This document shows positions 10,560 through 20,162 of a stretch of 64,000 bases of DNA, one piece after another. Positions within the stretch are counted from its first letter, which is position 1, and each line of letters starts with the position of its first letter. A program made the position numbers and the translations under genes. Under the pieces are notes generated by a model. That model searched no databases. It saw only the letters and a program-made list of their open reading frames with translations, and had not been told where the DNA came from. The DNA lies in contig JACPSJ010000004.1 in NCBI GenBank assembly GCA_016193315.1, forward strand, positions 1,708-65,707, read 5' to 3'. Source of the stretch: Candidatus Kerfeldbacteria bacterium (GTDB lineage Bacteria; Patescibacteriota; Patescibacteriia; SBBC01; CAIJZX01).

Positions 10560-12113
10560 ATGTCAAGACCTCAACTTACGTCGACGAATTCTACGAATAC
10601 GGCCCAGCCGAGTCCGGCCACAACTCAAGTCCCCAAGCGCCATCACCGACTGCGCTGGACGCTGCTGACCGTCGGCGGGCTGCTGGCGGTCTTCATGATC
10701 GTCGCCGGCTGGCTGATTTACCGCGCCATTAGCATCGTCAATACGAGAAAACTCGACGGTTCCAGCGACAAGCTGTCGTTTTTCCAGCAGCTGACGCACC
10801 TCGTCGCCTCCTCGGACCAGCAGCTCCAAGGTGAACGGGAAGACCGGATCAATATCCTGCTCCTCGGCATCGGCGGCCCCGGTCATGAGGGACCGTACTT
10901 GACCGATACGATGATGGTGGCCAGCATCAAACCGTCGACTAAGCAGGTCGCGCTGCTGTCGATTCCGCGGGACCTGGTCGTCAACATTCCCGGTTATGAC
11001 TATCGCAAGATCAACAACGTCCTGGCCATCGGTCGCGAGCGGCACTATCCCGGCGGGGGCGACGCCTTGGCGGTCAAAGTGGTTAGTAGCACCCTCGACC
11101 TGCCGATTCAGTACTATGCCCGGATTGACTTCCGCGGTTTCGAGGAGATTATCGACCGCCTCGGCGGCATCAAGGTCGACGTCGCTCGAGCCTTCACTGA
11201 CCGGGAATACCCAACTACTAATTTTGGTTACCAGGCCATCCGTTTTAACGCTGGCTCGCAGACGATGAATGGTGACGCGGCTCTGAAATACGCCCGCTCA
11301 CGCCACGGGAACAATGGTGAAGGATCAGACTTCGCCCGGGCCGCCCGGCAGCAAAAAATCTTGCTGGCCACGCGAGACAAAGCGCTCAGCCTGGGCACCA
11401 TCATCAATCCGAAGAAGGTCGCCGACATCCTCGGCAGTCTCGGGGCCCATCACCAAACGAACCTGGAGGTGTGGGAAATGATTCGGCTCGCCAAGCTGGT
11501 CGGCGATGTCAACCAGGACACGGTGATCACGAAAGTGCTTGACAACAGTCCGACCGGGCTGCTGACCGCCGCGGTCGGGCAAGCCGGGGCCTACATCTTG
11601 GTGCCGAAAGACGACGGTCTGGGCGATATCAGGTTCCTAGCCCACCAGATCTTCCTGATCGGCCTGGCCGAGCGTGAACAGGTGACGGTGGTGGTGGCCA
11701 ACGCCACCCGCCTGACTGGATTGGCCGATGCGACTACCAAACGATTGGCTGGTTTCGGCATTACCGTGGCTTCACCCCTGTCCATCCGCGGCGCCACGAT
11801 CGGGCGGACCGTTCTCCTCGATCGTAGTCAGGGCCAAGCGGCCAAGACAATTGAACTTGTCGGCCTGTACGCCCGGGCTCAAGGCTCCATCAGCCTGGCC
11901 GAGTGGCAACAACAAACTGGCGATGAGACGCTAGCCGCCGCGTTGCAAACAGTGAACACCCCCGGCGAAGCCGGGTCCGGCTTGCCCGGCTCCCGCCGTG
12001 GCTCAGCCGGAAACACGCCGGTCAACGCTCCGCCCACCAAAACGGTGGTGCTCATTTTGGGGCAAGATCAACAGTCACAGGCTGCGGCCCGTCTCGACAA
12101 CAACCAGTCCTGA
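10560..12113 (+). CDS. LCP (LytR-CpsA-Psr) family protein with C-terminal LytR_C-like domain
   Basis: N-terminal TM; INILLLG, LTDTMMV, LLSIPRDL, ALKYARSRH, SDFARAARQQ motifs. ATG 10560 chosen because it lies downstream of the promoter. Confidence 0.93.
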   Translation: MSRPQLTSTNSTNTAQPSPATTQVPKRHHRLRWTLLTVGGLLAVFMIVAGWLIYRAISIVNTRKLDGSSDKLSFFQQLTHLVASSDQQLQGEREDRINILLLGIGGPGHEGPYLTDTMMVASIKPSTKQVALLSIPRDLVVNIPGYDYRKINNVLAIGRERHYPGGGDALAVKVVSSTLDLPIQYYARIDFRGFEEIIDRLGGIKVDVARAFTDREYPTTNFGYQAIRFNAGSQTMNGDAALKYARSRHGNNGEGSDFARAARQQKILLATRDKALSLGTIINPKKVADILGSLGAHHQTNLEVWEMIRLAKLVGDVNQDTVITKVLDNSPTGLLTAAVGQAGAYILVPKDDGLGDIRFLAHQIFLIGLAEREQVTVVVANATRLTGLADATTKRLAGFGITVASPLSIRGATIGRTVLLDRSQGQAAKTIELVGLYARAQGSISLAEWQQQTGDETLAAALQTVNTPGEAGSGLPGSRRGSAGNTPVNAPPTKTVVLILGQDQQSQAAARLDNNQS

Positions 12114-12653
12114 TTGATGATCGTCGTTGGTCTCGGCAATCCCGGCCGGCGGTACGCTGGCACCCGCCACAGCGTCGGTTTCATGATCGTTGATCGGCTG
12201 GTGAAAGATCTCGGCGGCCGACCCTGGCGGTCGGAGTTTGGAGTCCGGTGGTCGAAAGTCGGGCCGCATTGGATCATCAAGCCTTGGGAGTTCATGAATC
12301 ATAGCGGGCCGGCACTGAAACGGTTCATGGCGGCGAAACGTCTTGGCTTCACCACGGCCAACATGGCCGAGTCGCTGATTGTCATCCACGATGACGTTGA
12401 CTTCCCCATCGGCACTGAGCGTCTGGTCCACCAACGCACCAGCGCCGGCCATCGAGGCGTGCAGTCAATCATTGATACGTTTGGCACCAAAGAGTTTGAT
12501 CGCCTGCGGATCGGGATTGGCGATAATCGAGCCGCCGGCCTGCCGGCCGAAGCGTACGTGTTGCAGCTGTTCAGCCGGGCTGAACGGCCGGTTATCGAGC
12601 AGTCCCTCCACCAAGCGGTGGAGTTAGTAAAAAGTCGCCTCGGGGTGACATAG
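12114..12653 (+). CDS. pth: Peptidyl-tRNA hydrolase
   Basis: VGLGNPG...TRHSVGF, FMNHSG, VIHDDVD, SAGHRG, RLRIGIG. Confidence 0.95.
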   Translation: MMIVVGLGNPGRRYAGTRHSVGFMIVDRLVKDLGGRPWRSEFGVRWSKVGPHWIIKPWEFMNHSGPALKRFMAAKRLGFTTANMAESLIVIHDDVDFPIGTERLVHQRTSAGHRGVQSIIDTFGTKEFDRLRIGIGDNRAAGLPAEAYVLQLFSRAERPVIEQSLHQAVELVKSRLGVT

Positions 12654-12676
12654 AAAGACCACCGCCGAAGCGGTGG
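12651..12676 (-). terminator. Intrinsic terminator of a minus-strand transcript
   Basis: Minus strand CCACCG-CTTCGG-CGGTGG (UUCG tetraloop) followed by TCTTTCT. Confidence 0.6.
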
Positions 12677-12796
12677 CACATAAGGGCGGGCAACCATAAC
12701 CGACGGGGCCACGCCGATCGGATGGCCTTCATCGCCACGAATTCGTCCGTGTCGACCCAGACGGAACAGTTGCCCATAAAGAGCGTTGGGGTGAAC

Positions 12797-12909
12797 CCAG
12801 CACCACTTTTGCCTCCGAATTTCGCGGTGGCGATTTCGCCGCCGATATCGAAACGTGAAAATCAATTATCGCTGAGAGCGGAGTGGGCGGGGGGCAAAAG
12901 TGGTGCTGG
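12797..12909. mobile_element. MITE-like element with 17-bp terminal inverted repeats
   Basis: ccagcaccacttttgcc (12797-12813) / ggcaaaagtggtgctgg (12893-12909); tgaac repeated on both flanks (12792-12796, 12911-12915). Confidence 0.6.
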
Positions 12910-13010
12910 ATGAACCGCCAGGCTACCATTGATCGCCAGCGGGGTCAACCCCTTGCCAGAAAACCGCCGATGCGCTATCATAAGAGTAACAATCAGCCAA
13001 CAGTTTTTCT

Positions 13011-16000
13011 GTGCCTCCATCACGCCCAGGTGTGGTCGGCGGCCCTTTACCTCGTCGCCGTAGCCTCCCTCGACTGGCCGACGGGCGGCTGGCATCAACC
13101 CGCCAGACTCGCCATCGACCATCGACGGCCCAGCGGGGTTTCCGGCAGTTGACCGAACAGCTGATGTCCACCGGCGCCGGCCGGTTTTCCGGCGTGCCCC
13201 ACACGGTCGCCGAAAGTTTTGGCTTTGCCCGGTTATTCCCGCTCCTGCCGACGCCCTGGCAGATGATTTATCTGGTCGGGACGGAACGCGAACGTGAGGT
13301 CGTGGTTCAGGGACTTGAAACGTGGTACCAAGGTTCTGAGCGGCGACCAATTATGGCTGTTCCGCCACTGACGCCCGCTCTTCTCGACCGCCTGCTCCGC
13401 CACGAACCAATCATTCTTGTCTGTCAACAAGCCGTGTTTGCCGATTCGCTCCCCCACCCGGCGGAGTTACCAAACCAATGGCTTATCCTACGGCCCGGGC
13501 CGCTCCCCGATCCCCCCGTCCCCGATCCCCGCCTCCGCGGGGAAGTCGAGGGTGCGGAGGTTGGGGACGGTCCAACCGGCCTCACCCGTCGCTTGGTTGA
13601 ACTGGGGTATACGCCGGTCAGCAGCGTTGAGCAAGCCGGCCAGTGGGCCAAGCGGGGTGAGGTGGTTGACCTTTGGCCGGCGGGCACGACGGCGGCCGTG
13701 CGCGTAGTCTTCAACGGCGGCGCCATCGACCGGCTCCAGGAGTGGCAGCCCGGCCAGACAAATTCTGGTCGGCAGCTGACAGAAGTTCGCTGTGCTCCAC
13801 TGGACTTCACCGGTGTTGACCCGCGCATTAGCTTGCTGTCCTATTTTCAGCCGATGCGGACGCTGATCGTCGTGCCGCGGCTCTCCCTGCTCGACTCCTT
13901 GCCGCGCGGTCGGGAAGCCGCCAAGCAGTACAAACAGGTTCTCCTCGAGCCGTTCGGTGACGAGGGCGTGGTCAAGCTCGATTGGCGGGCGGCCACTTTT
14001 TACCATCGCCAGTGGACGCTGGTGGTGAAAGATGTGGCGCACTGGCAGGCCGCCGGCTACACGATTGCCATCCACACCAACCGTCAGGCCGAATTGGTCG
14101 GCTTGTTCGAACGGCATGGCTTGGCAACTGATGGGCTAACGTGGCTCAACACGCCGGCTCTGACGCAAGGATTTATCGCTCCGTCCGAGCGCTACGTCTA
14201 CCTGACCGATGAAGAGTTGTTCGGTCGCGATCTCCGGGCCAAACAGAACCGCCGCCGGGTGGAGGATGTTTTCCTCAGTGAGTTGACGACTGGTGACTAC
14301 GTGGTCCATCTCGACCACGGCATCGGTCGCTTCATTGGCATGCGACTGCAACAGGTCAACGGCCACGCCAAAGAGTACTTCGTCCTCGAATACGCTGGAA
14401 ACGATAAACTCTACGTCCCGGTCGAGACGGCCGACAAGATCAACCGCTACTTAGGCAGCCCAAACCCAAAACTCCACAGTCTGTCCAGTTCGAGTTGGGC
14501 GACGGTAACGAAGAAGATTCAGGCTGATACCAGCCGCGTGGCCCACGAGCTGCTCGAGCTCTATGCCCAGCGCGAGCTGGCCCAGGCGCCGCGCTTGCTA
14601 CCCCACGCCGAGGCGGAAGAACGCCTGGCCGACCAATTTCCGTACGAGCTGACCGCCGACCAGGCCCGCACGCTCCAGGAGACGATGGCTGACTTGGAAC
14701 GCGACACCCCGTCCGACCGTCTCATTTGCGGTGATGTCGGGTTCGGCAAGACGGAGGTGGCCATCCGGGCGGCTTGGCGCGTCGTCTTGAACAAGCGGCA
14801 GGTAGCGCTCCTGTCGCCCACCACCATCCTGACCCAGCAACACTTTGACACCTTCCGCAGCCGGCTCCGGGGACTCCCGGTCAGCATCGGTGTCCTGTCC
14901 CGCTTTGAGTCAAAAGAAGAACAGCAGGCGGTTCTGGCGCAGTTGGCTGCCGGCCAGTTGGACATCGTCATCGGCACCCATCGCCTGCTGTCGGCCGACG
15001 TGAAGTTTAAAACCCTCGGTCTGATCATCGTCGACGAGGAGCAGCGTTTCGGCGTCAAGCACAAAGAGAAACTGAAAGCGCTGCGGACCGAAGCCCACGT
15101 CCTAACGCTGACGGCCACGCCCATCCCGCGGACGCTCAATTTCGCCCTGGCCGGCTTACGTGATATCAGCGTGATTGAGACTCCGCCCGAGGGTCGGCAA
15201 CCGATTGAAACCGCTATCCAACCCTACGACGCCGATCTCGTTCGCGAGGCCATCCAACGTGAGCTGCACCGGCATGGGCAGGTCTACTACGTACACAACG
15301 ATGTCGAGACGATCGATGCCGCTCGCGATCGACTCCAAAAGTTGGTGCCCACGGCTCGCTTCGGCATCGCCCATGGCCAGCTTGATGAACAACAACTGTC
15401 GCGAGTGATGGAGCAATTCGACAACCAGCGTCTCGACGTCCTCGTCGCTTCGACCATCATCGAGAACGGTCTCGATTTGCCCAACGTCAACACCCTGATC
15501 GTCGATCAGGCCAGCAAGTTCGGCTTGGCCCAACTCTACCAACTGCGCGGGCGGATCGGCCGTGGTTTCCGCCAAGCCTACGCTTACTTCATGTACCGAT
15601 CAGGGCGGGTGGTCGGAAAGCCACACAAGCGCCTGCAAGCGTTGCTCGAAGCCAAGGAGCTCGGTAGCGGTTTCCGCCTGGCCATGCGCGATTTGGAAAT
15701 CCGCGGCACCGGCAACATCCTCGGCAAGAAGCAGCACGGCCACGTCACCGCCATCGGTCTCAACCTCTATGCCCGGCTGCTGGCCCAAGCAGTCGAAGAA
15801 CTCCGGACCGGAAAACCAGCCCGTCCCAGCCGCGATATCCTGATTGACCTGCCGCTGGCCATCGCCATCCCGCTAGCCTTCGTACCGAGCGAGCCGAAGC
15901 GGCTCCGTCTCTACCAGCGCTTGGCCGCCCTCGAAACGGTCGAAGAACTGCACGAATTTCGCCAGCAGGAGTTCAAGCACCGCCCGCTCCCCGACCCGCT

Positions 16001-16340
16001 GGTCAACCTGCTCGAGGCGCTGGAGTTGAAAATCCTGGCCCAGGACACGCCGATCACCTCCATTCAGCAAACGAAAGTTACGCTCGAGGGCGTGACCAGG
16101 GAGAAAATCGTCGTCACCTTCGAGCAGATGATTACGCCGGAACAAATCGGTCAACTACTGAAACGGAATCAGGCCTGGGATTTCACGCCCGAATTCGTCA
16201 AGATCGACCGCGACTTGCTGGGACCGAAATGGCTCCAGGAGTTGAAACAGGTAGTCAAGATTTTCCGGGCCGTCAAGGAAACGGCGGACGGAAACGGCGG
16301 GCCGAGCCGCCACGAGCGCTTGTCAAAACCAAAATCCTAG
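13011..16340 (+). CDS. mfd: Transcription-repair coupling factor (start uncertain)
   Basis: CarD/RID VVHLDHGIG, CGDVGFGKTEVA, DEEQRFG, TATPIPRTL, QLRGRIGR, RDLEIRGTGNILG. Promoter TTGCCA-17-TATCAT at 12953-12981. Confidence 0.96.
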   Translation: MPPSRPGVVGGPLPRRRSLPRLADGRLASTRQTRHRPSTAQRGFRQLTEQLMSTGAGRFSGVPHTVAESFGFARLFPLLPTPWQMIYLVGTEREREVVVQGLETWYQGSERRPIMAVPPLTPALLDRLLRHEPIILVCQQAVFADSLPHPAELPNQWLILRPGPLPDPPVPDPRLRGEVEGAEVGDGPTGLTRRLVELGYTPVSSVEQAGQWAKRGEVVDLWPAGTTAAVRVVFNGGAIDRLQEWQPGQTNSGRQLTEVRCAPLDFTGVDPRISLLSYFQPMRTLIVVPRLSLLDSLPRGREAAKQYKQVLLEPFGDEGVVKLDWRAATFYHRQWTLVVKDVAHWQAAGYTIAIHTNRQAELVGLFERHGLATDGLTWLNTPALTQGFIAPSERYVYLTDEELFGRDLRAKQNRRRVEDVFLSELTTGDYVVHLDHGIGRFIGMRLQQVNGHAKEYFVLEYAGNDKLYVPVETADKINRYLGSPNPKLHSLSSSSWATVTKKIQADTSRVAHELLELYAQRELAQAPRLLPHAEAEERLADQFPYELTADQARTLQETMADLERDTPSDRLICGDVGFGKTEVAIRAAWRVVLNKRQVALLSPTTILTQQHFDTFRSRLRGLPVSIGVLSRFESKEEQQAVLAQLAAGQLDIVIGTHRLLSADVKFKTLGLIIVDEEQRFGVKHKEKLKALRTEAHVLTLTATPIPRTLNFALAGLRDISVIETPPEGRQPIETAIQPYDADLVREAIQRELHRHGQVYYVHNDVETIDAARDRLQKLVPTARFGIAHGQLDEQQLSRVMEQFDNQRLDVLVASTIIENGLDLPNVNTLIVDQASKFGLAQLYQLRGRIGRGFRQAYAYFMYRSGRVVGKPHKRLQALLEAKELGSGFRLAMRDLEIRGTGNILGKKQHGHVTAIGLNLYARLLAQAVEELRTGKPARPSRDILIDLPLAIAIPLAFVPSEPKRLRLYQRLAALETVEELHEFRQQEFKHRPLPDPLVNLLEALELKILAQDTPITSIQQTKVTLEGVTREKIVVTFEQMITPEQIGQLLKRNQAWDFTPEFVKIDRDLLGPKWLQELKQVVKIFRAVKETADGNGGPSRHERLSKPKS

Positions 16341-16362
16341 CCTATACTTCTGACCATCGGTG
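16320..16362 (+). promoter_or_regulatory. Sigma70-type promoter of dprA-topA with shared 24-bp motif
   Basis: TTGTCA-17-TATACT; agcctatacttctgaccatcggtg at 16339-16362. Confidence 0.65.
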
Positions 16363-16437
16363 GCTCGGTCTTCGACCCACCGTTTTGCGGTCATCCAAAT
16401 GACTTCATCCCGGCCAGGGTCGTCACCTAGAATTACC

Positions 16438-17568
16438 ATGCCGGCATATTACTCCGCCACCTACCATCGCAAAACACCGCCCCTCGCGGCTGTTCGTTTA
16501 GCCGCCGTCCATCAGCTGCCGATGGTCAGTTGGAAAACGCTCCGTCTCCTGGTTGATCACCGGCTGTACGATCGTCCGCTCGCGGATTGGTCAGCAGCCG
16601 AACTGGTGACCATTGGCGTCGACCCCCGCCTCGCCGCTCGCGTTATCGAACGGGCCTGGCAGCTCGATCTTGACCGCGCCGAGCAACAACTGAATTATCT
16701 CAGCGTGACGATCATGACTATTCATGACTCGGACTACCCGGCCCAGCTGAAGGAAATCGCCAGTCCGCCGTCAGTGCTCTACCTTCGCGGCTCGGTTGAG
16801 GCGCTGCAGACGCCAGCCTTGGCTGTGGTTGGCACCCGGCAGCCGAGTCCGCACGGGCAGGTCATCACGGAACGGCTGGTCGGGCCGGTGGCCCAGGCCG
16901 GGGTAATCATCGTTTCCGGCTTGGCGATCGGCATTGACGCCTCGGCGCATCGCGCCGCCCTCGCCGCTGCCGGCCGGACCGTGGCCGTGCTCGGGACCGG
17001 CATTGACCTGACCTACCCGCCGGAGCACCGGTCGCTGGTCGAAGAGATAATCGCTGGGGGCGGGACGATCGTCTCCGAATTTCCGCTCGGCAGTCCGCCG
17101 GAACGACACCACTTCCCGCAACGCAATCGGGTCATCGCCGGGCTGGCCAGAGCGACCATGCTGGTCGAAGCCGGCGAACGGTCGGGTGCCCTCATCACCG
17201 CCAAGTTCGCGGTCGAGTCCAATCGGGAAGTGTTCGCGGTCCCAGGCTCAGTCCTATCGCCTACCTCGGTCGGTCCGAACAACTGGCTGAAGCTCGGCGC
17301 GCGGCCCACGACCTCCAGCGCCGATCTCTTAGAGATTTACGGAGCTGGTCAGGGCTCGTGGCTGACCGCGCCAGCCCGGATCGCGCCGGCGAACGAAATC
17401 GAGGCCACCCTCCTGTCACTCCTGACCGTCGAACCAGTCCATATTGACGAGTTGGTGGAAAAGAGTAGACTGGACACCAGTATTGTGTCGGCGACTTTGG
17501 CATTGATGGAAGTCAACGGCAAAGTTCGTCACCTGGGAGGAATGTTTTACACTCTTGAAGCCCCATGA
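16438..17568 (+). CDS. dprA: DNA-processing protein DprA (start may be 16399 or 16438)
   Basis: AVVGTR, IVSGLAIGID, HFPQRNRVIAG, SGALITA, REVFAVPG, C-terminal winged helix. Confidence 0.95.
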   Translation: MPAYYSATYHRKTPPLAAVRLAAVHQLPMVSWKTLRLLVDHRLYDRPLADWSAAELVTIGVDPRLAARVIERAWQLDLDRAEQQLNYLSVTIMTIHDSDYPAQLKEIASPPSVLYLRGSVEALQTPALAVVGTRQPSPHGQVITERLVGPVAQAGVIIVSGLAIGIDASAHRAALAAAGRTVAVLGTGIDLTYPPEHRSLVEEIIAGGGTIVSEFPLGSPPERHHFPQRNRVIAGLARATMLVEAGERSGALITAKFAVESNREVFAVPGSVLSPTSVGPNNWLKLGARPTTSSADLLEIYGAGQGSWLTAPARIAPANEIEATLLSLLTVEPVHIDELVEKSRLDTSIVSATLALMEVNGKVRHLGGMFYTLEAP

Positions 17569-20162
17569 CCTCCGGCCTGGTCATTGTCGAATCACCAACC
17601 AAAGCGAAGAAGATCGCCGAGTTCCTCGGAACGAAGTACGACGTCCAGTCGTCGTACGGGCACGTCCGCGACCTGCCGAAGAGTGCGATGGGTATCGACA
17701 TCGACCACGGCTTCCAACCGGAGTACGTCGTCCTGGAGGAAAGTAAGAAAACGATTGCTGACCTCAAGCGCCGCGCCGCCCGGGCTTCAGCTGTCTTCTT
17801 CGCCACTGACGAGGATCGCGAGGGCGAGGCCATTTCTTGGCACCTGGCCGAACTCCTGAAGATTCCCCCGGACCACCTCAAGCGCATCGTCTTCCACGAA
17901 ATCACGTCGAAGGCCATTCTGGCTGCCATGGCCGAACCGCGCGGCATCGACCTCCGCCTGGTCAAAGCGCAGGAGGAACGCCGCCTGCTGGACCGGCTCT
18001 ACGGCTACGAAGTGTCGCCGATGCTGTGGCGGAAAATCCGTCCCGGCCTATCCGCTGGTCGGGTGCAGAGTGTCGCCACTCGGCTGCTGGTGGAACGAGA
18101 GCGCCAACGCCTGACCTTTCGCTCCAGCTCGTATTGGGACATTGTTGGACGCTTCGCCCCTAATGGCCAGTCGTTCGAAGCTCGCCTCCAAGCCATTGCC
18201 GGCCGAAGCGTAGCCACCGGCCAAGACTTTGATCCGACCAGCGGCCAGCTGAAGCACCAGCGCGTTCAGTGGCTCAAGGCGGATGAGGCCAAGCGACTAG
18301 CCGAGCAATGGCGCTCCTCGTCGGCCACCGTTGAGGGCGTTGACGAAAGCCCGTTTACCGAGCGCCCCTCGCCGCCGTTCACCACCAGCACGCTGCAACA
18401 AGAAGCCAACCGCAAACTCCGTTTCTCGGCCCGGCGGACCATGCAGCTGGCCCAGCAGCTATACGAAAACGGATACATCACCTATATGCGGACCGATTCG
18501 ACCATCCTGTCGGATGAAGCATTGACGGCGGCGCGGCAATGGATCAAACAACAATACGGCCCGCCGTATCTGACCGACCAGCCGCGGCAATTCACCACCA
18601 AAGTCAAGAATGTCCAGGAGGCGCATGAGGCTATCCGCCCGGCCGGTGAACAGTTCCAGCCATTGGAGAAAGTGAAATCTGAACTGGAGACGGATGTCTT
18701 CCGCCTTTACGAACTGATTTGGAAACGGACGGTCGCCTCGCAGATGACCGAGGCTCGCGGCCGACGGATGAAGGTGGCCGTCGCCCTCGGCACCGGACTG
18801 TTTGTAGCCCAAGGAAAAACCTACGATTTCGTCGGCTTCCGGCGGGCCTATGTTGAAGGCAGCGACGACCCCGCCGCCGAGTTAGCGGAACGAGAGATGG
18901 TCCTGCCGCCGGTCAAACCAGGCCGATCTCTGACGGTTGATGAGCTGGCGCCTACGGAACACATCACTCAGCCGCCGCCGCGGTTAACGGAGGCCACGCT
19001 GGTCAAAGAGCTGGAAACACGCAGCATCGGTCGGCCAAGCACATACGCGGCGATCATTGAGACGATTCTCCGCCGCGAGTACGTCTTCAAGCGCGGCCCG
19101 ACCCTGATCCCAACATTTACCGCCTTCGCCGTGGTCAACCTGTTGGAACAATACTTACCTTCTTTTGTCGACTATGCCTTCACGGCCACCATGGAAGATC
19201 GGCTCGATGCCATCGCCCTTGGCCAGGCAGACGATAAAGCTTACCTCCGGCAGTTCTACTTCGGCGACGGCATGCCTGGTTTGAAGCCGACGTTGGAACA
19301 CGTTCGGGATACGATCGACCCGCGCCTGACGAGCGGGGTGACGATTGGGACGCTCGAGGACCAGCCACTTGAAGTCAGAATCGGCCGCTATGGACCATTC
19401 CTCCGTTGGAACGGACAGACCGCCCGTCTGCCCGAGGACCTGCCGCCCGATGAGCTGACGATCGATCGAGCCTTGGCCCTACTGAAAGCCAGCCAGGCGG
19501 CTGACCAGCCGCTCGGCGTCGACCCCCACAGCGGGCAGAACGTCTACCTCAAACTCGGCCGCTTCGGGCCGTACGTTCAGCTGGGCGAAACACCATCCAC
19601 CCCAAAAGATGAAAACGGCCAGCCGACGAAGAAACGGCGACCGAAAAAGGACCAGTCCAGCGGGGCCAACAAACCGAAGATGGCTTCGCTTCTGCCCGGC
19701 ATGTCGGCCGAGACCGTGTCGCTCGAGCAGGCGCTCCAGCTGTTGTCATTACCCCGCACGGTCGGACTCCACTCACCAGATCAACAGCCGATTCTGGCCG
19801 CCAATGGCCGGTTCGGCCAATACATCAAGTGGGGCCAGGAGAGCCGAAGCATCCCCGACGGTCAAGACGCGTTAACCATCACGCTCGAGCAGTGCTTGGA
19901 ACTTCTGGCCCAAGAAAAGACTCGTGGGCGCGGGCGCCGCGTGTCTAAGACGCTGAAGGAACTTGGGTCGCATCCACAAACTGGCCTACCCATCAAGATC
20001 CTCGACGGTCGCTACGGCCCGTACGTTACTGACGGCACGGTCAATGCCACCATACCGTCCGGCACCGCACCGGAGTCATTGACCATGATCGAGGCCGTGA
20101 CTCTGTTGACCGAACGGGCCGCCCGGCCGAAGCGGCGCCGGACAATGCGTCGCGGCCGCTAG
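17565..20162 (+). CDS. topA: DNA topoisomerase I with C-terminal GR(F/Y)GP(Y/F) repeats
   Basis: LVIVESPTK, ATDEDREGEAI, SAGRVQS, ITYMRTDS, AHEAIRP, IGRPSTYA. Confidence 0.97.
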   Translation: MTSGLVIVESPTKAKKIAEFLGTKYDVQSSYGHVRDLPKSAMGIDIDHGFQPEYVVLEESKKTIADLKRRAARASAVFFATDEDREGEAISWHLAELLKIPPDHLKRIVFHEITSKAILAAMAEPRGIDLRLVKAQEERRLLDRLYGYEVSPMLWRKIRPGLSAGRVQSVATRLLVERERQRLTFRSSSYWDIVGRFAPNGQSFEARLQAIAGRSVATGQDFDPTSGQLKHQRVQWLKADEAKRLAEQWRSSSATVEGVDESPFTERPSPPFTTSTLQQEANRKLRFSARRTMQLAQQLYENGYITYMRTDSTILSDEALTAARQWIKQQYGPPYLTDQPRQFTTKVKNVQEAHEAIRPAGEQFQPLEKVKSELETDVFRLYELIWKRTVASQMTEARGRRMKVAVALGTGLFVAQGKTYDFVGFRRAYVEGSDDPAAELAEREMVLPPVKPGRSLTVDELAPTEHITQPPPRLTEATLVKELETRSIGRPSTYAAIIETILRREYVFKRGPTLIPTFTAFAVVNLLEQYLPSFVDYAFTATMEDRLDAIALGQADDKAYLRQFYFGDGMPGLKPTLEHVRDTIDPRLTSGVTIGTLEDQPLEVRIGRYGPFLRWNGQTARLPEDLPPDELTIDRALALLKASQAADQPLGVDPHSGQNVYLKLGRFGPYVQLGETPSTPKDENGQPTKKRRPKKDQSSGANKPKMASLLPGMSAETVSLEQALQLLSLPRTVGLHSPDQQPILAANGRFGQYIKWGQESRSIPDGQDALTITLEQCLELLAQEKTRGRGRRVSKTLKELGSHPQTGLPIKILDGRYGPYVTDGTVNATIPSGTAPESLTMIEAVTLLTERAARPKRRRTMRRGR

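Larger units (their letters stand above)
12651..12913 (-). ncRNA. Candidate structured ncRNA between pth and mfd
   Basis: Own promoter TTGACC-17-TAGCCT (12948-12920), own terminator, stem GGGCAAC/GTTGCCC enclosing two hairpins, no credible ORF. Confidence 0.45.

Noticed and set aside
12651-12913. Retron msr-msd, tmRNA or RNase P
   Set aside because: No reverse transcriptase nearby and no tmRNA or RNase P signature; the long IR is better explained as a MITE.
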